This document shows, piece by piece, positions 49,640-64,000 of a DNA stretch of 64,000 nucleotides. The stretch spans positions 4,774,001-4,838,000 of the forward strand of contig NC_081396.1 of the NCBI RefSeq assembly GCF_030684315.1, given 5' to 3'. Source of the DNA: Stegostoma tigrinum (taxonomy: Eukaryota). The translations under genes were made by a program, and so were the position numbers. The notes under the pieces were generated by a model. It was not told the origin of the DNA and searched no databases. It saw nothing but the letters and a program-made list of their open reading frames with translations. Positions within the stretch are counted from its first letter, which is position 1. Each line of letters begins with the position of its first letter.

Positions 49640-52085
49640 GCGAAAGAGACTTCCAGAATTTTGACCCAGTTACTGTGATGAATAACTTATACTTTTCCAA
49701 GTGATAGTGGCAAGTGACTTGAACAGGAGCTTGAAAATTTTGCTAATCCAATATATCTGCTGCTGCTGTCCTGCAAGATGGAGGTGTGGGACATTAGTAA
49801 TATGCTGTCTATGAGTATTAATGAATTAAAGAAATATATCTTATATATAGTATACACTGCAGCCACCCAGTGTAATATTTGGACGTACTGGATGCTTGTG
49901 GATGTACTGTCAAAAAAGAGTGCAGCTTTGCCCTGTATGATGTCAATCTTCTTCAGGGTAATTGACACCACACCCTTTCAGACAGGTTTGGAGGCATGAC
50001 ATTACAACCTTTGCTTCTGCCTTCTGGACGACGGATGTTTAATGATGCCACAGGGATGAGCTACTCGCCGCTGGATCCCTAGCTGCTGGCCTGGTATTGA
50101 CACCACTGCGTTAATTTCAGGTTCCGTTTTTAGTAAATGATAACTCCCAGCGTACTGACAGTGAAGAGTTCAGTGATGTTAACAACAGTGAACGGAAAGG
50201 GGCCAGTCGTGCGATGCTCTTTCGTTGTTGATATTAATTGTCTAGCAACTTTCTGGTGTCAATGTTACTTGAACATTCTCGTCTCAAGTCTGGATAGGGT
50301 GTAGACCTTGTTACAAGCTAATATGGACTGCCTTCATGTATGAGGAGTCATGACTAAAGCTGAGTATTGTGCCATCATTGGTATCCATTTCATGTCTGAT
50401 CGCACAATAGAGGAGAGGTCACTGATGAAACACTGATGACAATTGAACTTAAAACACTCCTTTCAGGAACCTGGACAGACATGTCCCGGAACTGAGTTGA
50501 CTGACCTCCAACAACAACACCATTTTCGTGTGTGTGTGAGCTATGCTTTAAGGCTGCGGACAGTTTGTCACCTGATACCCATAAATTCCCATTTTGGCTC
50601 ACTCAATGCTGCACTCTGCCAAATGCTACCATGACGTCAAGGGCTATCATTCTCCCCTCACTTGTTGAACTCAATTCTTTGTTCATGTTTCAACCAAAAG
50701 TGTAATTCTGTCAGCAGCTAGGTTGGCCTTGAATAACGCAGAGTATGTTTCACTGAGCAGGTTATTGATGAATAGTGCTGCTTGAATGCACCGCTGATGG
50801 CAGCTTCCAAAACTTATCTGATGCTTGAGAATAGACTGATTGGGCAGTAATTCGCCAGTTTGGACTATCCTACGTTCTGGTCGATTTTCGACACTGTTGG
50901 TTAAATATGAAATCTTTGGATGCACTGGAAGAGCTTGGCTTGCGGAGTGACAGCTTGGGAGCACATGCCATCAGTATTATTGCTCGAATTTTGTCAGGTC
51001 TCAGAAATTTTACAGTCTCTGGTGTCCCCAGACATTTGTTCATATCACGAGAACAGAATCGATCTAACTGAAAAAAAGTGATTTCTCTAATGTGACCACT
51101 GGAGGAGGCCTAGATGGATCAATAGCTTGACACTTGTGGCTCATTATTGCGTTCGATTATTCAGCTTTGGCGTTTGCACAGATGTGCTGGGTTCTTCCAT
51201 CCTTGAAGATGGTAGTATCCTGTGGAACTTCCTCCTCCGATGAGTTGTTCTGTTGTCCCCCTCCATTCATGACTTGATGTGGCAGCACTGCTGAGTTTAG
51301 ATCTGATCCGGTATTATTTTGTAAATTCACTGAGCTCTGTCCATCACGTGCTTCCTATGCTGTTTGACATGATAATAGTTCCTCAGTGGTAGCTTCACCA
51401 GGTTGAAGTCGCTTCTCCACTGCTGTTCCAGGGATAGCATCCTGCACTTTCCATTAAACCAGGGCTGCTTCCCTCTCTTGGCCATAATTTACGAGAGGGG
51501 AATATGCAGAACAACAGCATTGTTCATTGTGTTGGAGAATAATTCTGATTGTGTTGATGGTCAAAGCAACTTATTTCTGCCAGGTGTTGTATGACTTCAA
51601 ATATCCCATTTAGAATGCCAATAGTGCCAAACTACGCAATGGAGAGTATTCTCAATTTGAAGTGAGATTTCGTCCCCACAGTGGTCGTCTGATGATCATT
51701 TTTGTTTGATCTTGCCATAGACAGATGCATCTGCAGCTGGACAATTGGGAATGAAGAGCTCAAATATGCATTTTCTCTCTTGTTTGTTCCCCCATCAGCT
51801 GCTGCAGACTCAATCTAACAGCAATATCCAACAGGACCCAAGCAACTCGATGAGCAGTGTTGCCATGCCTTGTGGTAGGCATTGAAGATCCTCTCCCCTA
51901 ATACATTCTACATCCTTGCCACACTCAGTACTGACCCCAAATGTTGTTCAATGTGGAGGAGTTCTTATTCATCAACTGAGGGAAGATGACCCTTGGCCTT
52001 CATAAAGTGCTTCCTTTGTCTATGTTTAAATTGAATTCATGAAACTTCATGTTTCCAGAATCAACGCTGAGGGCTCGTTGGAGTT
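49640..52085 (-). mobile_element. Degraded non-LTR retrotransposon (RT; not the CR1 family above)
   Basis: VPERSVLSSIVIS (VPQGSVLGP-like) and IDIIQGKAA...AAVYTIYKI; same family as 58465-60330. Confidence 0.75.
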
Positions 52086-52214
52086 AAACATGGCTAAATC
52101 ATCAGGCTGTACCTTGCAAAATATGTGAGAAAGTTATAGGAAGGATATTATCAGGATGGAGTGTGCACAGGAAAGATTTATTTACATGGAAGGTTTTCCT
52201 CATCGGTCGAGGCT

Positions 52215-54050
52215 GAATCGAGACAGAGAGACGAACATGGAAACAGACTCTTCCAACGAATTCGTCTGTGTCGACCAGATGTTCAAAATTAATCTAATCT
52301 CATTTGGTTCCCATCCCTGTAAATCTTTCTAATTTGCATAACTTTCCAGGTGCTTTTCTAAGAATTTTACTTGCACCAGCCGCTATCATTTCCACTGGAG
52401 GTTCATTCCATAAAATCACCATCCTTCCCGTGAAATCTATGCCCCTTTCGTCTCTTCCATATAATTTTTCTTCCAAATTAAACCTATGCCCGCTACTTTG
52501 TTTCTCCACTATACTGGAAAAAATATACTTTGAAGGTTTACCTTATCCATGGCAGTCACGATTTAATATATTTCCACAATGTCAACTCAGCCTCCAATAC
52601 TCCAGGGAAAATGGTGCCAGTGTGTTCGAAATCTCGCTATCACTCTCACTCTCCAATCATGGCAAAAGAACTTGTAAATATTCTCCAAAAAAAATCAATT
52701 CAATGACATCTTTCCTCAGGCAGGGAGGCAGAAATGAATGCATTTTCCAAAAGTGGCTGAAACAATGTCCGGTGCAACTACACAACTGTAACATGACATC
52801 CCATTTCCCATCGTCAGTGCACTGACCAGTAAAGGCAAGCACACTAAACGCCTTCTTCACTCTCCTGTCTTACAAGTTATTCTACTTTTGTCAAAGTACG
52901 AATCTGCACTCCAAGGTCAGTTTGTTCCGCAGCACACCCTCGGATCTTTAGTAGATGAATTCTGCCCTCGCTTGACCTATCAAAACGCAGCACCACACAT
53001 ATATCTAAATTTGCTCAATCTGTCACTTGTTTGCCTTTTTGTCTCATGTGAACATGATTTGGTCTTTCTCTGAGGAAACCGTTTTGGTTGTCAATTTCAT
53101 GATGAATTTTGGTGTCTTCCAGATACTTACGAAAATTATGCCTGCTCTATTCACATTCAAATCATTTCTGTAAATGACGAGAAATCAATAGATCCATCAC
53201 CAATCCTAGCAGCACACCACTGGTTATAGGCCTCCAGTCTGAAAAGCAACACTCCATTACCATCCATACTCTCCTATCTTCCAGCCACTTCCAGTTAGTT
53301 TACCCTCTATTTCGTGAGTTCTAAACTTGTAAAACAATCTACCATGCAAAACCTTGTCGAAAACCTTACGACCATGGTTTGGTTTGTTCAGTTCTCTTCC
53401 GCACATCTTCAAAACTTTCAATCAATTTAATGAGAAACGAACTCCCGTTCACTCAGCTGTACTTACAATTCAAATCAATTCCTGCCTTTCCAAAAACATG
53501 TAAATCGTTGCATTCAGAATACCCTCCATAACCTTCCTCACCACTGATGTAAGTCTCGCCAGCCTGTGGATCTCTGACTTTTTCAGACCATGTTTCTTAA
53601 ATAATGTCATCACGGTAGCCAACTTCCAGTCTCGTGCCTCCTTGGCTGCAGTTATTGATGATGCAACTATCTCAACAAGGGGCCCAGCAATTACTTCCCC
53701 AGTTACTCAATAATTTCTAGGCCTCACCCGATGGACTCCGGGAGACGTATCCACCTTAAAGCTTCTTAAGACGTACAGCACGTCCTCTGTAGCATGGACA
53801 TTGTTCAAGGTATAACTATTCATTTCTGGAAGATCCTGAGATGATATAACCTTCTCCAACGTATACACTGACGCAAAATCCTCGTTTAGTTTTTGATCCA
53901 TCACCTGCTGTGTCGCGTGTAGATGGTCTTGCTGACCTTTAAGGGGTCCTGTTCTCTCCCTTGTTACTCTTTTGACTTTAATACATTTGTAGGATAACTT
54001 TAGGTTCTCCATAATTGTTTTTGCCACAGACATCTCATGTTCTTGAAGCG
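52215..54050 (-). mobile_element. Degraded CR1 LINE
   Basis: IKVKRVTRERTGPLKGQQDHL...LNEDFASVYTLE...KVDTSPG and GHRFNL...FTGRMVILWNEPP. Confidence 0.85.
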
Positions 54051-54089
54051 AAGAGTTTATGGGATGGGCAGAATAGGCTGACACTTTTA

Positions 54090-55900
54090 TCCTTTGATCA
54101 CATACGTTTGAGTGGTGATCTTATCGAAGTTTTGTTTTTAAATCATGACAGATATAGATAGAGTGAATAGCAGGAATTTTTCCCTGTGGTTAGGGTGTTT
54201 CATGACGCGTGGTATATTTTTAATGTGAGAGGGGAAAGAGCTATGAAGGGCAGGATGGCTTTTATTTTATCCAGATTGTTTCGTTTGTGGAATGAAGTTC
54301 CAGAAGAAGTTGTCAATATGAGCCCAGTTACTGCATTTAGAAATAACAGTTGGAGAACGGGAGTAAGAAAAGTTTGGAGGGATAAGGCCCACGTGCAGGC
54401 ATGGGTGACTGGTTTAGTTTGCACTTTTGGTAGGCATGGATTTGTTGGACCGTCGACTTTGTTTGCTTGGTGCCTGACAATTCAATTCCGTGAGTGTCAG
54501 TTGGGGTTTAATTTATTAAATGTGAGCTGTTGCATTTTAGTCAGGCACAGACGGTTCGGACTTAAATAGATAATGGAAGAGCCCTCATGAGTGTTGCTGA
54601 ACAAAGAAACCAGGCGTGCAGGAGCATAGTTCCCTGAAATTTGAGTCACAGGTAGAGAGGGTGGTGAAAAACACATTTGCTCCGTTTGGCTTCATTGGTC
54701 ATAATTTTGAATATTGGAGTTGGGATGTTATGTTGTCACTTTATGGGATATTCGTGAGACCACTTTTGGAATACTGTACACAATTATAGTCGCCTATTGA
54801 TCAGAAGTATCTTGTTAAACTTGAGAAGGTGAAGAAAAATATTTGTCAGGATGATGCCAGAATTGGAGTGTTCTCGTTATAAGTAGGGGCTGAATAGGCT
54901 GGGGTTTTCTTTCCCCCACACCACTGGAGGCTGAGCTGGCGTTATTGAGCGGCAATACCATGAGGAGCACTGACAGACTGAATAATCAAGAACATATTTC
55001 AGGGATGGGTGAAAAACAAAACTGCACAATTTGCAGTTAAGGCGACAGGGGAAATGTTTCAATATGACCTGAGAGTGTGATGTTTTTTTTCACGAGGTGG
55101 GCGTTGTGTTTGTGGAATAGGCTGCCAGATGAAATGGTGCAGGCATTTACAATCACAATATATAAAAAACATCTAGATAGGTATATCACTGAGAAGAGTT
55201 TACAGGCCAAATGCTGCCAAATGGAAGTAGGCCAAATTTGGCTGTCTGTTTGGCACAGATGAGTTGGAAAGAAGAGTTTTGTTTTCTTAATGTATTGTTC
55301 TATGAATCCATAAGTTTTGTTAAAACTATGCAATCACTAGTCATACAATGGCTGGAATACTGTGAATTGTTCCAAGCCTCGTATCGAAGGGAAGATACAC
55401 TGGAAATCGAGATGATCTGTATTAAGTTCAGTAGGCTGATCCTGAGGATAGATGGTCTATTTTGCGAGTGGAGATTGTATATTTTTGACCTGCCGTCATT
55501 GAAATATAGTATATTGAATAGTCACATTTTGAAGCAGATGTTGTTTTTCAGGTATTTGTTAGTTTAACCGCAGAAATGTTTCCACTTGGGGGAGATTTCA
55601 CGAGCAAAATTTATATTCTCTGAATTAAAGGGCAAAATTTTGAGGCAGAAGAGAAATTCTTCTCACAGAATGCAATGAATCTGTCGAATTCTTTACCACG
55701 GAAGACTGTCGAGATTGGTTCCTTAAGCATTTTCAAGGGTGCAATGGGCAGATTTTTAATTCGGAATGAATCAATGCTTATGAGATTAAAATTGACAAAT
55801 GGACGTGAGGGTGATCAATTTACCCGTTATGTCGTTGAATGGATGAACAAATTCCATTGGAAGAGTGCTTCCTTCTGATTCCAGTTCTTTTAACAATATA
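54090..55900 (+). mobile_element. Stack of several degraded CR1 3' fragments
   Basis: Repeated LWNEVPEEVV, LWNRLPDEMV and NLSNSLPRKTVE termini, plus VRPLLEYC-like motifs. Confidence 0.75.
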
Positions 55901-56381
55901 ATTAACATTGGCTTTGAATTACTGACTTCCAAATTATTATAGGCCTCATTAATGCTTCCCCTCAATTGCAAGTTTTCCAAGAATAGCGCAGGCGCTTCAA
56001 TTTCTTCTCCTCATTAACAAAAAAGGCAAGTCTTCATACCATCATCCATAGATCTCCACTTAAAAACAGGTTAAAACAACGTTTATACTATCGTATCAAA
56101 CACACCGTTGTCATTTGGATTGTGGAAGTTACACACATTACACATATCATACATTTTCTACCTCTACACACACAACATAAATCTGGATGGCAAAATTTCA
56201 ATTTCGGAAATTTTTCCCATTTTATTCTGGTATGAATCATTCCTTAATCACGAAGGTTATAGTGGGAGACAAAATCCCCTTTGCATGACTGCATCTGACA
56301 CTTTCAGTCATTGCACAGCTCGCACTATATTCTGAATAAATCTCCCATTACATTGTTCAAACCAAAACAGCATTGTCAAAT

Positions 56382-56612
56382 GCTGAGACAGGAGGAACCG
56401 CAGATGCTGGAGAGTCTAAGATGGAAAGGTGTAGAGCTGGATCAACACCGCAGGCCAAGCAGCATCACAGGAGCAGGAAAGATGATGTTTCAGGCCTAGA
56501 CCCTTCTTCAGAAAGTGAATAAGTGTCTAGACCCGAAACGTCAGTGTTCCTGCTCCTCTGATGCTGCTTTGTCTGCCGTGTTCATCCAGCTCTACACCTT
56601 GGAATGCCAAAT
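56382..56612. mobile_element. Penelope-derived hairpin element
   Basis: aaggtgtagagctggat...gcagcatcacaggagcaggaa / ttcctgctcctctgatgctgc...atccagctctacacctt inverted arms; central gacccgaaacgtcag. Confidence 0.82.
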
Positions 56613-57110
56613 GCAGTAGGTTTCAGATGCTGAAGAGATCTGCGTCCTCCAAGTTTCGATAAAAAAATGACCACACTCTCAGCACATGTACAATATCGAA
56701 GCAGAGTAAATTGTCCTCTTCACTTTAATACCCAAAATTCCACAAACTTCATTAAAGATTAATTACAGACTGAATGCGCATGACGCAGCGCAAGCAACCG
56801 TTCTTCAGCCATGAGTACTACCTGTGAGAAACAATGAAGAGCCCGTTCAAAGCAATAACAGCAAATCCTCACGGCGACGATACAAGTCAGTGTTCATGCT
56901 GGTTAAAGACTCTTCCATCAGTTATCGTCAAGCACTTCTAGATCACTGAATACTCAGAGATACATTTTCGAGAAAATCTTGCTCTACGGTTCAAATGTCT
57001 TTGGAAAGAAACACATTAGTTGGAGAAAACGAGATGTAATTTGGACGTTGACTTCAAGTGATGGAGGAAAACGTTTTCCAATCGGTGGAGAGAGAATACA
57101 TTTTGTCTCT

Positions 57111-57242
57111 NNNNNNNNNNNNNNNNNNNNNNNNNNNNNNNNNNNNNNNNNNNNNNNNNNNNNNNNNNNNNNNNNNNNNNNNNNNNNNNNNNNNNNNNNN
57201 NNNNNNNNNNNNNNNNNNNNNNNNNNNNNNNNNNNNNNNNNN
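57111..57242. other. Assembly gap (N run)
   Basis: 132 consecutive N flanked by CT/GA-rich sequence. Confidence 1.
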
Positions 57243-57244
57243 CG

Positions 57245-58450
57245 GAGGGGAAGAGACAACGAGAAAGAGACAGAAAAAGAAATCTTGGCTGTGTCAAATT
57301 ACCTCGCAATTAGTTTTCTATGCATAATATTAGATATCACTCTGGTTCTATAACCTTGTAACTTAACGTTTAAAAAGTCTGAAAATCATTGACTATTGGA
57401 ATCCTTTGAGTAATTTGCATTTTTGCCACTACATTTCTTCTGTGTTTATGGATGAAAATAAATTGTGTTTTTGCTCTTCTATAATGTATTCTGAGAGACC
57501 TATATCTGTCCTTTTTGCATAAATTCTCCGTTGGTTCCAAAAGAGAGTTAATGGCGACAAAACCAGACGACCGAGGTTATTTATTGATTAGTTTCAAATC
57601 AAAACGAGTTTATTTTAAGAATGTTGTCAGATCGCAGAAATGAATACCAATGTTCTGAAAATCAATTGTAACAGACGTTATTTATTTCCGAAATATAATC
57701 ACAAATTGATAGTTTAATTTAGATTATGATTTTAAGTCATGGAAATTCTGCAGTCACTGTAAATGGCACATTTCTCTCCAACTAGATTTAGTCTAAACGT
57801 CCAATTGATTTGTATGTTAATCCATTTTGACAAAAGCGTATCTAAGAGCTCAACATAGCTCAAAATGCGTTTTAGCATTTTCAAAAAAAGAAAAAAAAAG
57901 TCCTTGAAACAGACATCAGGAACTGCCACAGCAATTTAAATTAATTGTTATAGGTTCGTGAGTTTTAGTCACACTTGTATTGTATTTTATTCATTCATGG
58001 AATGTCGATATTGCTGGCTCGGCCAACAATGATTCATTATCCCAAGTCGCCCATTCAGTAGGTAGCCAGTGCTATTCCAGAAGGCAGTCAATTACATTAT
58101 ATTGCATAGGGAGTCACATGAATTTCAGACCAAGGAAAGTCTACAGATATCCTTCCCGAATGAACATGAACAAACCACTGCTTTTGCATTTTCGATTGAT
58201 TCCCGTTGCACGGTCATCATGAGACTTGCTTTTCCATTCCCGGTTTTCTTTGAATTAAGATTTCACGAACAAAAAAAAGGGTATTCCATATCCTGTCAAG
58301 TAAGCATCAAACTGGAGTTTAGAAGCACTGGTCCAGTGATATTACCGCGGCGATTCTGATTGCACAAATGTAGCTGGCATGCACAGCAACCTGTCACAAA
58401 CAGAAGAGAAATAAATCTGACATTTGAACTCAGAAATAAATATTGGAGTG
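57245..58450. repeat. Segmental duplication copy B (partner 47285-48625)
   Basis: Same colinear anchors as copy A, in direct orientation ~10 kb apart. Confidence 0.88.
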
Positions 58451-58464
58451 GAATTCTGGTCGGA

Positions 58465-60330
58465 GTGCCCATTTCACATCTGATCTAATGGTAGAGGGGA
58501 GATCATTAACGAAGTAGCTGAAGATAATTGGACCAGAGAAGCTACTGAAGATAATAGGGCCAAGGATACTACCTTCACGAACTCTGATAGTGACGTGCTG
58601 GAGCTGAGACGAATGACCTCCAACAACCATAACAGTCTTCCTATGTGCAAGTTCTGTCCCCAGGCAGCAGACAGTTTGTCACCTGACATGCATTGATTCT
58701 AGGGTTGACAAAGCTCACTCGATACCACACTCATTTGAATGATGCTTTGATGACAATTGTTGTCATTCGCCCCTCACTTGTGAAGCTCAGTTTTTGTTCA
58801 TCTTTTAACTAAGGCTGGTATTCAGTCAGGAGTTGAGAGGCCCTTGGATAACTCACTCATTGCGTCGCTGAACAGATTATTCCTGAGCCAGTACTGCTTT
58901 GTAGCAATGTCAAAGCCATCTTCAAACACCTTACTGATGACTAAGAGCCCATAATGAGCAGTAATTGGCTCAGCTGGGTTATTCTACTGTCTGACCAATT
59001 TTCCACAATGTCCTGTCAGTACTCGTGTTGTAGGTTCATTGGAAGTGTTTGGCGAGTAAAGGGGTAGATCTGAACACATGTAATCAGTATTGTTGACAGA
59101 ATTTTGTCATGTCCCATTACACTTGCATAATCTAACGCCTCAAATCGAATGTTAAAATCTTTGGAGAGAATCGAGTTAGCTGAAGATTAGTAACTGCAAT
59201 GTTGGTGACCACTGGAGGAAGCCAAGATGGATCATATACTTGGCATCTCCAGCTGATTATTGCTGTTAATTCTTCAACTGTTACGTTTGCTCTGATATAT
59301 TAGGCTTTTCCATCTTTGAAGGTGGGAATATCTGCGGAGGTTGCTCCTCCAATGAGATGTTTAATTGTCCTTCTCAATTCATGACTTGATGTGACACGAC
59401 AAAAGTGGTTATGTTTGATCCGTTCACTGTCAATTCGCTTAGTTTTGTCCAACGCGTGCCATTTATGCTGTTTGGCATGACAATGGTCCCTTTGTGGTAG
59501 CTTCACCAGGTTGAAACCTCTTGTCCGGTGCTGTTCCTGGGTTGGCATCCTGCACCTTCCATTACACCAGGCCTGATTTCTTCCCTTGGTTGCAATGTTT
59601 GGAAGGGGAATATGCAGAACCATGAGCACGGGACATTGTGTTGGAAAATAATTCTGACTGTGTTGATGGCAAATCACCTCATTAATGCCAGATGCTGCGT
59701 TACTTTGTCTAAGCAATTTAGCATGCTATCAGTTTCAAACAACACAAAGGACAGTGTTCTCATTGCGAAGCGGAGACTTCTTCTCCACAACAATTGTCTG
59801 GTGGTCACTCTCATTGGTATTGTCATTTTCAGATGCATCTGTAGCCAGACGATTGTGAAAGATGAATTCCACGATATAATATTCCCTCTAGTTCCCTCAG
59901 CAGCTGCTACAGACCTAGCTTCATAACTATGTCGTTCAGGACCCGACTAACTCGATCAGTAGTGCTGCTATGCCCAGTGGTGGACATAGAAACCCCCTTT
60001 CCGGAGTACATTCATCATCCTTGCCACCTTCAGCGCTTACCCCAAATAATATTCAGCATTGAGCTGTACTTATTCAACAGCCGAGGAAATTTGGCACATG
60101 ATAATCAGAAGATGCTTTCCTTTCCCATGTTTAAGGTGAAGCCATCAGATTTCATGGGTCCAGAAAGAATGTTGACGGCTATTAAAGTAAGTTCCTACCA
60201 TCTGTATATCATGGTGTTGCCACCTCTGGTGGATATGTCCTGCTGATGGAACATGGCATATTCAGGCGTGGTGATGTTTTGGTTATTGTAGCTTTACAAC
60301 GAATATATGACCAGGCTGTTGTTGCCACTT
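58465..60330 (-). mobile_element. Degraded non-LTR retrotransposon, same family as 49.6-52.1 kb
   Basis: MVVGGHSSQLQHVTIRVREGSILGPIIFSSF...VNDLPSTIRS and QAWCNGRCR...RRTIKHLIGG. Confidence 0.78.
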
Positions 60331-60479
60331 TTCTTCCCTGAGTGACATTACCAATGTTTTTTTTTCTGACAATTGATAATAATGCCATGGTCTCAGTAGA
60401 CTCTTAGGTCCAAATGTGTTTTTAAATTCCACTATTTAATGCAATTCAAAAACAGGCCCCCTGAAATTTAGCTGAATTT

Positions 60480-63400
60480 CCTGAATTAATCACAATACGT
60501 CAATCCAATATGTCTTCCTGATGAAACTGATATGCACAGCGAGTGACGACTTATCCTTTGTATTTTGCAGAGACCATCCTTGTCTTATGTATCCTCTTCA
60601 ATTCATAGTCCTGTAAGATGCTTTCCTTCACAAGTTCAGGCATAATATTCTACTTTTTCTTTGTTCTGCCATCGATAACATACCTTAGTCTAAGGCTTTC
60701 CTCCTGATTAATTGCATACCACAAGTTCTCAACTCACTTGTAAAATTAGTGATCAAAATAGCTACATCCATGACCCGATCATTAATATGCACAACAAACA
60801 GTAAATGATACAGCGCTAAAATCTTGCAATGCACCACTGAGCACAGGGTTTATTCTCAAAGTCTCCCTTCCACCTGCCATCTGCAATCAAGTAAAATTTG
60901 GAGACGATTTCCCAAATTACATTTGGTCCCGTGAGTTCTTAAATAATTTAACATGCCAGATTTTGTCAGAAACCTTGTTGATGTCAAAGCGGATTACATC
61001 TATTTTCCACCTTCAACCACACATCATGTCGCTTCCTTGGAAGATGGTATCAAATACGTAAGTGATTATGTCACTTCCATTAAAACCATTTTGAATTTTA
61101 TTGTTTAAATCTTACATTTCCAACTTTTAATGAAGGCTGTCTCTCAGATTTCGTTTCCCAAATCTTTCTGTACCACTGATACTACACCCAATAGCCGCTG
61201 ATATAGTTTCTTGGATGATCCTGACAGCAATTCTTGAGTAATATTGAATCATAATTCTAGCTGAGCATTCGTGCTTTGGTATTTACCAGTTGTACATAGA
61301 CGATTTGAATATTAATATCCTGGTGCTTATAATTCATCTTCTTGCCCAGGATGCCGGGACTCATACCTTTTGCAACTTTATGCCCGCTAAAAATGTACAT
61401 TCTTCTTCCAGCTCAATTGTAATTTTCGAAAATATCACAACATTTTTTTACTGAATTCAGAGCTCTATATTCTTCTTCGAGTCGAATAGACGAGTAACGT
61501 ACAATATCAATGTATGCCAAAATCGTCCAGCTCAACAATATTTGTCTTGTTAGTTTCTGCATTGGTGTCTTTTTTTCTCATTAAATTCTTTCTCCTAATG
61601 TACTCCTAAAGTTCCTTTTGATTTTCCCCGTATTATTGTCATTGTTTTCTTTTAACATTGCCCCATTTACATTCTTAATTCATTTTTAAACAACTTCCTC
61701 CAGCTTCTACAGTTTTCTCTGGATTCTGCTGTACTGAGCTTCATCATCTCCCATATATTTGAATTCTTCCTTTGTCTAATTCTTTACTTGCTGCCACATA
61801 TAGTAACCTTTGAAATTCTTCCTTCCAATCTTCACACTTAAGGAATATTTTGGAACTACAAACTCATTATTTTTGAATTTGAAAATCTTCCAGTGGTCTT
61901 ATATAAGTGTTCCTCTCTATTGTTGCTCTCATAACGACTTTGGCCAGGTTAAGACTTATCAGAACAAAATCGGCCTTGACCTTATTCAAAACCTTTATTT
62001 CTTGTCGACCATTGTCACTTTCCATAGATCGGTAATAGCTGATAGAATTGCATTCACTTGAAAGAAAATTCTCTCCAAATGACCGCCCTTCTATCTCTCC
62101 ATGACTGTTTCGTCATCCAGGAAACACTCCCGGCATTTTTCTGTAAAGCTATTTACTCTCAACTAATTTCTGGAATGAACCAAATAATCACTCAACCCAT
62201 CGAGAGTTAGAGATGGTTCACAAATTCTTGTTATGTCAGTGACATCTACGTCGGATGAAAACATTTCTTAAAAGCAGTTGATTTTCCAAATACACAGGCA
62301 GAACTTATCGGTATTTGGCCTTATACCATAATGTACCTTCCAGATTCCCTTTCATTTCGTAATGCAATTGGTATTAATACAGTTAACTGCAATATAAAAT
62401 ACAAAGACAGATTTAAAAACAAACGAGAGTGCCAGTTATATCTAGCTCATCACTAATGTTATCAAATACAAGTAATTGCAATCAACCCCAACTATTCGAA
62501 ACTATAATGCTGTTCAGCCATTTAGTTCACTTCCCCGAAGCTATCTAATAATCGTTCATTGTGTCGTTTGACAAGAATGGATCTGCCACAGCCTTGAAAA
62601 AAGGTATTAACAAATTCTGCACCAATGATTTTTGATCAATAGAGTTTCAAAGACTACAAGCGAGTTGATATCCATACTTCTGCGTTCAATGGGCATTTAC
62701 TGATTTCTCAACTGTGGCCAGTAATTGCAAAAGAGGTGAAGTGTTTTCCCCATTTATTATGGCTGGATGATTAACGTTCATACATGTTTGAATGAGCAAC
62801 CCAACACCTGTTCAAATTCAAGACTGTGAAAGCCAATCCTGTCCAAATAGGGCTCTTTACTAGTCTCATAAATATCCCCAAACTTTTACAAATGAAATTC
62901 CAGCATTCCTTCAATAACGATCATCCATCTACATGACTGCTGATCTGGCTTCATTCAACACATTGCACACATGTATCATGATCTTTGTATGTTTGTTTTC
63001 AACTCCATTTGCACAAAACCGTAACAGTCTGTTAGTTTTCCGAGGGCATTGTAGTTCCTGTATTCTCACATTTTACGATTTTTGCACGAGGAAATTCTGA
63101 TGCTTCTGCATCTCTGTTTCCACTTTACTCTTGCTGAAATAAAACACATTTAGACAGCATGGTCTGTTTGGTACATCTTTACCAATTCATTTAACATTAT
63201 CTGTCTACTACAACTTCCTCGTGTCCTCTTCACAGCTCACAATCCTACTTATCAATGTGTGTTCGCATTTTATCAAGCACTCTTTTCGCGCATTCAATCA
63301 AGTCATTTAGAACTATAAAGCCTTGAGGCAACATTACTGATCATTTGCCACAGGATTAATTGAATCTTGGAAATCAGAAAAGCACTAAATTATGTTTGCT

Positions 63401-63500
63401 GTTTAGTCCAAATAGGCTAGCGAATAGTTGATCTGTTCCAAGGAAACACCACTTCATTATGAACTTTTATATTCTGCAACAAACTTTGATGTGACACTTT
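60480..63500 (-). mobile_element. Very old LINE debris (CR1-like)
   Basis: Scattered reverse-strand RT signatures (gcaatgcaccact, accttgttgatgtcaaagcggattacatc, aagccttgaggcaacattact). Confidence 0.45.
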
Positions 63501-64000
63501 ATTCAATGTACTTTCAGAACACAGATGGAAAATTAGTCATTTGAACATAGCATTGTGAATACAAGAGGGTTGAAACCATTTTTAAAATTGTGTAAGAGCT
63601 TGCTTCTCCTGCAACTGATGGACAGTCTGCAGTCACAGTCACCTTATCTCATTTCAGACAGGTCGTGCTTCAAAACTTTAACAGACTTTGATCAGCAATT
63701 ATCGTATTAATTCACACATCAAGATCAGTGATAAGAAATGACCTTGTCTTGGACTCTATTTTCGTAGGTGCCTATGACTTCTAGATATCTATGTGCTGTT
63801 GCTCCTGTATGAACTGCGTAAGTTTATAAGTCAAAATTCGACAATGAACAGCAGGCATGATTTTCCCATTCCGAAGTAATATTGATTCCACCTAATACTT
63901 TCTAAGTTCTCTGGTATTATTTCCGAAATAATAGCTCCTAGCATATTGCTTGTGCCAGATCTTAAGTTAACTGAGAAGCAGTTTTCTGCTTTCTGTATCT

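Overview
Cartilaginous-fish (shark, probably orectolobiform) genomic DNA. The first ~7.4 kb (+ strand) hold the intact 3' half of an IgNAR heavy-chain-only antibody gene: end of C3, C4, C5 with secretory tail, the transmembrane exon and a 2-codon cytoplasmic exon. The cytoplasmic tail reads KVT rather than KVK. The putative 3' UTR of the membrane form contains a ~470-bp imperfect inverted repeat. The rest of the window has no intact gene. It is a graveyard of decayed immune-type genes among CR1/other LINEs, Penelope-like elements carrying minimal hammerhead-ribozyme motifs, and SINEs. The main observation lies at 21.6-23.2 kb on the - strand, about 15 kb downstream of the IgNAR exons: two T-cell-receptor alpha/delta-type V pseudosegments. 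One retains a near-canonical 23-bp RSS, and two duplicated blocks carrying CTCF-like motifs lie upstream of the pair. Several weaker V-set or germline-joined V-J relics flank them (8.4, 20.5, 24.2, 37.2 kb). Also present are a GPR139-like GPCR pseudogene, two C2H2 zinc-finger pseudogenes, a ~1.2-kb segmental duplication and two assembly gaps. All pseudogene calls come from manual translation and motif recognition, not database searches, and repeat boundaries are approximate.
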